Source of the DNA: an uncultured candidate division Zixibacteria bacterium
GTDB taxonomy: Bacteria; Zixibacteria; MSB-5A5; GN15; PGXB01
DNA length: 64,000 nucleotides
Assembly: GCA_963702205.1 (NCBI GenBank)
Contig: OY969724.1
Location: forward strand, 1,952,001 to 2,016,000
Direction of reading: 5' to 3'
The notes below the pieces were generated by a model. That model saw only the letters and a program-made list of their open reading frames with translations, was not told where the DNA came from and searched no databases. Below are positions 55,833 through 64,000 of this stretch, piece after piece; positions within the stretch are counted from its first letter, which is position 1; the number at the start of each line of letters is the position of its first letter. A program made the translations under genes and the position numbers.

Positions 55833-58556
55833 GTGCGGAAAAAATTGTTGATCCTGATGCTCACCGCCGTGACGGTTATCGCGGCCATCCCTGCCGCGAA
55901 TGCGGATGTATCGAGCGCGGCCGTGCTGTTTTTGCGTATCGCTGCCGGTGCGCGCGCTGCCGGTATGGGCGAGGCCTTTGTGGCCGTGGCCGACGACGCC
56001 ACTGCGACGCATTGGAATCCGGCCGGGCTGGGGACGTATCCGCTGTCGTACAAATGGCTGACGGTTGACGTGCCCGAGCAGTATCGGCCCGTCAAAAAAA
56101 TGGCCAGCTTCAGAAATAACAGTTCGGGCCAGAGCTACGAAAAGTACGACATTTGGGTGATGAGCGACGCCGGTTTGCTGCGATATCAGCACGGTGACTG
56201 GAAAAAAGGAGAGGTCGTCGAAACTCAGCCGAGAGAATCGGCCGCCGCCAAGCTGGGCCAATATACCGGGCTGGTCGGCGAGACCGCGGAAAAGGAACTT
56301 CCGGCTTTGATGGAAAAGCTGGGCAAGGCCAATAATCCCTACAACATAGAAAAAATCGATACTCTCGCCGCCAATATCCGGGCCGCCCTGCCGGACAGCT
56401 CCGAAGTTTCAAAGGATATTGATTCGGCATTGACGGCCATAAGAGATGCATATAACGAAGTCTTGATCGACTGGGATGCTTTGAAGCAGACCTCGGATTA
56501 TTTCGCCGACGCCATGAAGGACTCGGTCATAAGCGAGTCCGAAGAGGACAAACTCTTTTTCGCCGTCAAGCGAGTTCACCGTAAGTACATGCCCGAAAAT
56601 ATCACGATCCCGTTCGATATAAATTTCAAGGGGGCGCTGGTTGATATCGCCGCCAATAATCAGTTCCTGTGGGTTGCGACGGACTCGGAAATTTACCGCT
56701 ATGACGGTGATTCCTGGCAAAGATTCGGTGAGGTGGAGGGTCTTCCCAAGGTGAACATTACGGGGATAAAGGCCTTCGACTTCGGCGTTTTCGTCCTCTC
56801 CACCGACGGATTGGTCAGATATGCCAACGGCGGGTTCACTTATTTCGGACCCAACGAAGGTCTTCCGCCCGGAATCGTCGGCGGCGTGGCCGCGGGCAAT
56901 AAAGACGACGTTTGGGCTATCGTCGATAAAGACCTGTATCACTTCGACGGTACTTCATGGAAAAATTATTTCGAATATAACGACGTTCTTCGCGGCGATT
57001 ATGAGTCGATTTACAACGGTATCAAGCTGTTCGGCACCGCACGGGAACACAATCTGTACCTGGACAAGGTAAAAGCCCTGAACGAAGAAGCGATGATGCC
57101 CGACTCGATGAGTACGATGCCTCCCGCGGTACAAACCGATTCGCTCGGGCACGTTCTCGCCGAAGAACCGATGAAAGAGCCCGGTGATTCGACAATGATG
57201 GCTGCCGGCGCCGATTCCACCAGGGCCGCGGCCGGAGCAGATTCCACGGCGGCTATCGGCCATCTGGTCAGGATACCGTATACATCGGGAATTTCTTACC
57301 AAATCACCGATATGGAAGTCGATCAGGCCGGACGGCTCTGGATCGGGACCGAGTTCGGGCTGCTTCGCTATGATTCCAGACAGTGGCACCGCTATGGATA
57401 TACGACCGAGAAGATTCAGGAAAATACGACAGTGTATGATTACTGTCTCGGAAAGGTCCGTGGCGATTCGACTCGCGCCGAACGCCTGGCTCATATAATT
57501 CGATCGGTCAACGATCTCGATACCGATACGCTCGTTGCCGGGCAGGAAATCCTTCGTTACGCCAATCCGGCGGGAGCGAAAATTCACGATATCAATGCCG
57601 CCGGAAAGAAAATCTATTTTGCGACCGAAAGCGGGACCATTTATTATGAATACCGCTGGGCGCGGTACAATGAAGGCGATCTTTCCCGCCGCAATACACT
57701 GGCAGTCGAAGAGCACGATGGCAACCTGTGGTTCGCGACGTCGCGCCGGGTAATGGTGCGGGCCGCCGCCAAGGGCGAGGTCACGATGATGCACGTCAAC
57801 TGGCTGCCGGAACTGGCCAGTGATATTTATTACGAATTTTTCTCTTTTGTCCAGAATATTCCCGAATGGGGGACACTGGGAGGGAACATTACGTTCCTGT
57901 CGTACGGTAATATCAGCCGAACCGACCCGACCGGTAATCCGCTCGGAGATTTTTCGGCGTTTGACGTGGCCTTGACATTATCCTATGGGACCCCACTGAC
58001 ACCGAATTTGAGCGGCGGCGTTTCGGCCAAAATTATATATTCGCATCTGTCCGATCAGGGCGCCGGGGCCGAGCAGGGCAGCGGCACCTCGACGGGGCTG
58101 GCTCTCGACATCGGTCTGCTTTACAGGATGAGCGATCGCTGGAACCTCGGTATCGCCGTGACCAACCTCGGGCCGGATATCGCCTATATCGACGTGGCCC
58201 AGGCCGATCCTCTGCCGCGAAACCTGGCGATTGGGCTGGCTACTTATCTGGTTAAATCGGATTTCAATAAAATTCTGATCACCGGTGAAATGAATAAGTC
58301 GCTGGTCGGCCTGAATGATCCGTTTTCGACCGAACTTAAAGAGATTATTTATAATTTCGGCGCCGAGTACAGCTACGGTTCGTTCATTGCCTTGCGGGCC
58401 GGTTATATATATGACCGCGAGGGAGAGGTTAAAACGCCGACTCTCGGATTCGGACTGGCTTATAAATTATTTAATTTTGACTTTGCTTATATTCCTTCAA
58501 ACGACAATGTTCCGTTAGCTAATACCATGAGGCTGTCGTTGTCGGTCGGGATTTAG
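55833..58556 (+). CDS. porV: PorV/PorQ-family outer-membrane protein with large internal insertion
   Basis: FLRIAAGARAAGMGEAFVAVADDATATHWNPAGL; barrel HVNWLPELASDIYY, KIIYSHL, TNLGP, PLPRNL, ALRAGY, DFAYI. Confidence 0.85.
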   Translation: MRKKLLILMLTAVTVIAAIPAANADVSSAAVLFLRIAAGARAAGMGEAFVAVADDATATHWNPAGLGTYPLSYKWLTVDVPEQYRPVKKMASFRNNSSGQSYEKYDIWVMSDAGLLRYQHGDWKKGEVVETQPRESAAAKLGQYTGLVGETAEKELPALMEKLGKANNPYNIEKIDTLAANIRAALPDSSEVSKDIDSALTAIRDAYNEVLIDWDALKQTSDYFADAMKDSVISESEEDKLFFAVKRVHRKYMPENITIPFDINFKGALVDIAANNQFLWVATDSEIYRYDGDSWQRFGEVEGLPKVNITGIKAFDFGVFVLSTDGLVRYANGGFTYFGPNEGLPPGIVGGVAAGNKDDVWAIVDKDLYHFDGTSWKNYFEYNDVLRGDYESIYNGIKLFGTAREHNLYLDKVKALNEEAMMPDSMSTMPPAVQTDSLGHVLAEEPMKEPGDSTMMAAGADSTRAAAGADSTAAIGHLVRIPYTSGISYQITDMEVDQAGRLWIGTEFGLLRYDSRQWHRYGYTTEKIQENTTVYDYCLGKVRGDSTRAERLAHIIRSVNDLDTDTLVAGQEILRYANPAGAKIHDINAAGKKIYFATESGTIYYEYRWARYNEGDLSRRNTLAVEEHDGNLWFATSRRVMVRAAAKGEVTMMHVNWLPELASDIYYEFFSFVQNIPEWGTLGGNITFLSYGNISRTDPTGNPLGDFSAFDVALTLSYGTPLTPNLSGGVSAKIIYSHLSDQGAGAEQGSGTSTGLALDIGLLYRMSDRWNLGIAVTNLGPDIAYIDVAQADPLPRNLAIGLATYLVKSDFNKILITGEMNKSLVGLNDPFSTELKEIIYNFGAEYSYGSFIALRAGYIYDREGEVKTPTLGFGLAYKLFNFDFAYIPSNDNVPLANTMRLSLSVGI

Positions 58557-58571
58557 CGGGACATTATCGGG

Positions 58572-61500
58572 ATGATGAAAAATAGGATTTGCATCTTGAT
58601 TTTTTGCACCGGGCTGTTGCTGACAGGATCGTCGGCAACCGCCTCGGGCAGTTATAAACTTCTGAAATCAATGGGCAAAGCATCGGCCGAAGTTGTCGAT
58701 CACGCGCCGAGTCCGTATTCTTCCGGCCCGATGGCTCGCATCGGTGGGCCCTCGAAGCGTAATCTTCTCGGCTTGAAAAGAGACAATCCCTGGCGGCTGC
58801 CGTCGAAAAGCCTCGGCTGGTCCGGCCCGCAAACACTTCACGTGCTGGTTCTTCGCTTCGATTTTGAAGAAGACAACGACCCCTTGACCACCGGCATCGG
58901 CAAGTTCGATACGAGAGATACCATTCAGTTTTTCGAGGAAGAGGGGCACCTTATCGACCCGGGTCCGCACTATAAAGAATATTTCGAAAAAGAAATGACG
59001 GCGCTGAACAATTACTATCAGGCCGTCTCGGACAGCCTGTTGACCATCGAGTACGACGTCTTCCCCAGTCAATACGATTCGGTGTACCATCTGCCTCATA
59101 CGATGGATTATTACGGAGCACAGTCGCCCAATAACGGCCTCGGGCAGTATGTCATAGACTGCATCGAACTCGTTGATGCCAATGACGATGAAGTCACGTT
59201 CGGGGAATATGATTCATACTTTTTGATGCACGCCGGTTCCGACCGTCAGAACGACGTGGCGGGCAACACGCCGCACGATCTTTATACGGCCAATGTATTT
59301 CTGGGCTCGGATTACTATGTCGACGTCGACGGCGGGTCATACCAGGTGACGGACGGCGTCGTCTTTCCCGAAGCGGCCAGTCAGGACGGCCGCGTGGTCG
59401 CCATGAACGCGGTTCTGGCTCATGAGTACGGACATCAGCTCGGGCTTATTGACTTATATAATACCGGGACCAATCCGCCACTGACAAGAGTCGGCGATTT
59501 TGCTCTGATGGATAACATGGGACGGGGAACGGTCATTCAACTGCCGTTTGCGATCGGTGATCAGTACACGGTACGGCTCGTATCCGACGTTTTTCCGGTG
59601 GGTCACGATGCATGGTCGCGGGCGTATCTCGGATTTCAGGAGCCGGTCGTATATCGTGGAAACACGCCGATAGAATTGGCCGCGGAAATGATGTACACCG
59701 ACAATGTCAAAATCGCGAAAATACCGATTAACGAGCAGGAATATTTTCTGCTGGAAAACCGCCAGGAGGATATTGACGGGGAACCGACCAATCCGATCGC
59801 CGATAAAACGACCGGTGTCATACAGGGGCCGGGCAAAGCCAAATTCGATACGCTTCAGCTCGATCCACTGATTGTCGATACCAGCCTCGTCCTGACCGGA
59901 GAGTACGACGTGCTCGTGCCGGGCTCAGGGATGCTTATCTGGCACGTCAACGAAGCGGTCGCGGCGCGCGATACGACTATCGGCGGGGTAACGATGGACT
60001 TCTTCGACGCCAATATTCTTCAGATTCTTCGGAATGAGCCGTTTATAGAGGTGGTCGAAGCCGACGGAATACAGCAGTTTGGCCGGGGTTATTATACGAT
60101 CGGTTACGTCGGAAAACAGGCAGATATGTATTACGCCGGAAATAACACGTCGTTCACGCCGACCAGTGTGCCGCCGTCGGAGACTTTTGCGGGAGCCAAT
60201 TCGGATGTCTTCATAGAAAACGTATCGGCTTCCGGACTGACCATGAGTTGCGATTTCAGCCACGATTTGATGTCGACGGGGTTCCCACGCCGGGGCGGAT
60301 ATCCGAAGCTGGGTTTTTCGCCTATCGCGACGGACCTCGACAACGATGGTAACGATGAAATTGTTTTTGTGTCGGGTAACTATATTAACGCCGTTAATAT
60401 CGACGGCACTGATTTTTGGACGGCCGGGACACCGGAGTTCGATTCGGTTTATTCATCGGTGGGTTCGTATGCCGCACAGTTGCCACTGTTTCAAAAAGAA
60501 AATTATTTGATTACGGCCGGGCCGGTTGCGGGAGATTTCGGTCTGAGCGGTGATAAATTTATCGCGGTTGGTTCGTACAATCCTCTGGGTAATACGGCTT
60601 ATGCCAAAGTCTATTACAGCGGGGAGGATGACAGCCTTGCCGACGGTAGTCCGCGCCTTTTATTCAGCGATTCCAAATCGGGAGTGATGGTCTGGTGCGC
60701 TTTCAAAGATTCGATATTGAGTTTTTTGACTTATAGTGCAGTCGGTTCTGATACATTACAGCAGATTATTACATACTCAGAATCCGGGGAACGTTCGATA
60801 AATTATCCTCCAATAAAAGAACCGCAGCCATACGGGGTAAGTACCGTTGGTGAGAATTATGCGGGTACTGGCCGGGGATAGTTCATCGGTCAGATTGTAC
60901 TATGTGAAGAAGAACGCGGACACGAGTTCGTACGATCTCGACGGGCTGTTCCATTACGGTCCCGTTACGGTTGATCTCGACCGCGACGGACAGCCGGAAA
61001 TAGTCGTGGCGACGCCGCAGGGGCATGTTAAAGTAGTAACGATCGATACGACAAATAATAATCCGACGTTTTCCTACAAAGAAGTATTTCTCGATGATTC
61101 GATAACGGTCAATCCGGTTATCGCGGATATGAGCAACAACGGTTATCCCGACATAATTTTGTCCGGGTCCAACCGGGTTTACGCTCTCGATAGAAATTTG
61201 ACCTTGTTGACCGATTTCCCGGCCACAATCGACCGCAGCTATTCGGATGAGACGGTAGTTTCGGCGCCGGTCGTGGCTGATATAGATAACGACGGGCGTC
61301 AGGACGTAATGGTCGTGACGACCAACGGGAATTTGTATGCGCTGGGGCCGCAGCGTCTTCACAACTTTCCAATCAACGCCGGCAATGTCAGAGCCGATTC
61401 GATATTGACGTTCAACGGAAACTGGGGCCGGAGGTTTGTCCCGGTGGCGGCCAATGACGTCGGCTCACCCGTGGTCTTCTCCAAAACCGATCGGGGCGGT

Positions 61501-61932
61501 CTGGGTTTTCTGGGCGCGGACGGCTGGTTTTATTCGTACGACGTATGGTACAACGAGAACCGGGCCGACTGGGCGATGTACGGCGGCGGGGCCGATGGTT
61601 CGCTGGAGTTCAGCAATGGCCGGATTATCGCGCCGTTGGCGGCGACGACCGATTTCCCGGCCGACAGTTTGTACTGTTATCCCAATCCGACCCTCGACGG
61701 TCAGACGCAGCTTCGATATTTTGTCGGGGGAAACGCCAGCGTGGCGGTCAGGCTGTTCGATTTGACCGGGGTTCTGGTCTATGAAGATGAATTCAATGGT
61801 GAAGGCGGGACCAGCAATGAAAGACAATTAAATCTTTCATTTCTGCCCACCGGAATATATCGTTGTAAGGTGAAAGTGAATATCAGTGGCTCGGAAAGCT
61901 CCAATTACACTGATATAGCAATCGTTAAGTAG
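58572..61932 (+). pseudogene. M6 (immune inhibitor A-like) metalloprotease with FG-GAP repeats and T9SS CTD, split by a 1-nt frameshift near 60863 (real or assembly error)
   Basis: ORF1 58572-60881: signal peptide, HAG, HEYGHQLGLIDLY, EYFLLENR, LIWH. ORF2 to 61932: DLDRDGQPEI, DIDNDGRQDV, YCYPNP...GIY; no signal peptide. Removing one G from GCGGGTA fuses the two frames. Confidence 0.75.
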
Positions 61933-61946
61933 AAAGGGCGAAGTTA

Positions 61947-62834
61947 ATGAAGAAGGTGCTATTTATCGCGGGATTTTTCGTTGTACTGGCGGCCGGATTG
62001 TCGGTGGCCGTGGAATTGCCGCAAGGTGTATTGGAGCGGGAAATACAAACGATTAAAAATACCAGCCTGTCGCAGCAGGGAATGATGACGGCGACGGATG
62101 ATGAAGGACTGGACGAATTCTCGACCGAAACCAAGGATGATCTTTATAAGTACGAGTTCAAATCGCCCAAAAAGGCTTTCTTGATGTCGCTGGTGGTTCC
62201 GGGCTGGGGTCAGTACTATGCGCGGTCGAATTTCGTCAAGCCGGTGCTCATGGTGGCGGTCGAAGTCGGTTCGTGGGTCGGTTACATTAAATTCCACAAC
62301 GACGGCAATAAACTTACGGATGAATTTCAGGCTTTCGCCAATCAGCATTGGATCGAAGGTGACCGTAATGCCGTCGACTCAGTTAATGGTCATAATTACT
62401 GGGATTGGTACCGCCATTTTGCACAAGCCGGCGACACTATAGGAGGCAATGAACATCTGCCGGATACCAAGACACAGCAATATTACGAAATGATCGGCAA
62501 ATATGATCAATTCGCGGGAGGTTGGGATGATTATTGGGATCCATTGGTCAACCCGGATCCGTATGCGGATTACAGTAATCTTACCGTCATGACTCCGAGG
62601 CGGGCCCTGTACGAAACGATGCGTGACAAGGCCAACACCAAGCTCGATCATGCCAACCGATTCATTATCGTGGCGATGGCAAACCACTTGCTGTCGGCCT
62701 TCGATGCCGCGCTCGCTGCCAACCGATTCAACAAAAACAGTACCGGTGACAGTTGGCTGTCGCTTAATGCCGAAGTGAAAAAGTTTTCCGAAGTTGAAGA
62801 AGTCCCGATCATGAGGTTAACGTATCATTTTTAA
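61947..62834 (+). CDS. Exported hypothetical protein (DUF5683-like)
   Basis: Signal peptide; KSPKKAFLMSLVVPGWGQYY; QQYYEMIGKYDQF; NHLLSAFDA; terminal F. Confidence 0.7.
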   Translation: MKKVLFIAGFFVVLAAGLSVAVELPQGVLEREIQTIKNTSLSQQGMMTATDDEGLDEFSTETKDDLYKYEFKSPKKAFLMSLVVPGWGQYYARSNFVKPVLMVAVEVGSWVGYIKFHNDGNKLTDEFQAFANQHWIEGDRNAVDSVNGHNYWDWYRHFAQAGDTIGGNEHLPDTKTQQYYEMIGKYDQFAGGWDDYWDPLVNPDPYADYSNLTVMTPRRALYETMRDKANTKLDHANRFIIVAMANHLLSAFDAALAANRFNKNSTGDSWLSLNAEVKKFSEVEEVPIMRLTYHF

Positions 62835-62847
62835 TGGGAATAATGGA

Positions 62848-63666
62848 ATGAAATTTGGCGCTTTGAAATATTGCTCGTTAATGGTACTGGTTATCTTGCT
62901 TAGTGCCGGAGTCGCGTCGGCGAAAATCGACCTGCCGGAATCGAAGATCAACCTGCAGCTGGCACAAGTATCTCAAATAACAATGAACAGGAATGCCGTG
63001 ATTTCGTTGGCGCCAACGTCGCAGGATCAGTCATATTTCCCCGGCAGGCACTATTCCAAGTCCAAGGCTATCGCGCTTTCGCTGCTTTTTCCCGGAGCCG
63101 GACATTTTTATATAGGTGAAAAGAGCCGGGGCGAGGTTTTTATGGGCGCGGAAGCGGCGGCCTGGCTGGGGGCGGCGGCCTTTTATATTTATGGCAAATG
63201 GAAAGAGGACGATTATCATAATTATGCCACGGTTCACGCCGGGATCGACCCGTCGGGAAAGAGCGATGACTTTTACCGGACGTTGACCTTCTATGACAGT
63301 CGCGAGGAGTTCGACGGCCGGGGTTTGGTGGATTTTCCCGACCGGATGTACTATCCGGACACGCCCGAATACGACTGGCAGTGGGACAGCGAGACCAACC
63401 GTGACGCATACCGAAACATACGTAATTCATCGAAGGCGTCCATCCGCAATGCCACGTTCATGATCGGGGCGGCGGTGGCCAACCGGATCCTGGCGTCGAT
63501 AGATACGTTTCGCCTGTTACGGAAGGTGAACCGAAAGAAAAAAGACCGTGAAGAAGATATGAACGATGATTACCTGGGATTCCTCCGGGGCGTCGATTTC
63601 AAGTTTTCCGGTAATCCGTTCGGGAGCAATCCCAGGGTCCATATAACCGTAGTTAAGAATTTTTGA
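62848..63666 (+). CDS. Exported hypothetical protein, paralog of the preceding gene
   Basis: Signal peptide; SKSKAIALSLLFPGAGHFY; NRILASID; terminal F. Confidence 0.7.
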   Translation: MKFGALKYCSLMVLVILLSAGVASAKIDLPESKINLQLAQVSQITMNRNAVISLAPTSQDQSYFPGRHYSKSKAIALSLLFPGAGHFYIGEKSRGEVFMGAEAAAWLGAAAFYIYGKWKEDDYHNYATVHAGIDPSGKSDDFYRTLTFYDSREEFDGRGLVDFPDRMYYPDTPEYDWQWDSETNRDAYRNIRNSSKASIRNATFMIGAAVANRILASIDTFRLLRKVNRKKKDREEDMNDDYLGFLRGVDFKFSGNPFGSNPRVHITVVKNF

Positions 63667-64000
63667 TGAATTCAAAGCCCGGCCTTTTCCTGACTTTATT
63701 CATAATCATTGCACTTGCGGGTTGTACCCCACCGAAAGATAAAGCCGATTCCATAAAGCACGACACTAAACCTTCGGGATTGGTGTTAATCGGCACGATC
63801 GAAGGGAACGTATTGGGGAAAAAGCTGGGTGCTCCAAAAGGCATTGTCGGCGATGGTACCGGCTCCATATATCTGATAGATTCTCAAAACAGCCGTCTTT
63901 TGAAATTCCTGAACGATTTAAGCCCGCACCGGGAGACCGGCGGGTTCGGTTTCGGGTCCGGTCAGTTGAACGGTCCGACCTATCTGGCCATCGATAACGA
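63666..64000 (+). CDS. NHL-repeat lipoprotein (3' truncated; absent from ORF track)
   Basis: TGATG coupling; MNSKPGLFLTLFIIIALAGC lipobox; PKGIVGDGTGSIYLIDSQNSRL; GFGFGSGQLNGPTYLAID. Confidence 0.85.
   Translation, partial: MNSKPGLFLTLFIIIALAGCTPPKDKADSIKHDTKPSGLVLIGTIEGNVLGKKLGAPKGIVGDGTGSIYLIDSQNSRLLKFLNDLSPHRETGGFGFGSGQLNGPTYLAIDN

Noticed and set aside
57204..57250. AGADST tandem duplication inside porV
   Set aside because: Short low-complexity linker repeat; no independent significance evident

Overview
Bacterial chromosomal window, most likely an FCB-group organism such as candidate phylum Zixibacteria. This is inferred from a dockerin-tailed secreted peptidase co-occurring with T9SS porU/porV. 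Contents in order: topA(partial)-xerC-hslV-hslU; argF; secreted proteins; an unannotated ferredoxin coupled to a geranylgeranyl-reductase-family gene; rpsT/murJ/comEC. Next is a large polarity and type IV pilus locus (DUF4388 protein, four roadblock-domain proteins including MglB, an MglA GTPase with a long tail ending in a MinD-like amphipathic helix, pilB-pilT-pilC-pilS) with three sigma28-like promoter motifs. Then come sdhDCAB and a divergent sucCD. The 40.9-49.1 kb accessory zone is dense in REP-like palindromes, with two AT-rich single genes (one nucleotidyl-cyclase-like) each bracketed by inverted REP-like pairs. It also contains an orphan citF and is followed by asparaginase II and tryptophanase. 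The window ends with a T9SS operon: structured leader, porU, a porV with a ~570-aa propeller/LysM-like insertion, a frameshifted M6 protease, two paralogous unknown proteins and an NHL lipoprotein. No rRNA, tRNA, CRISPR array or transposase was seen. All calls come from motif recognition by eye; no database searches were run.
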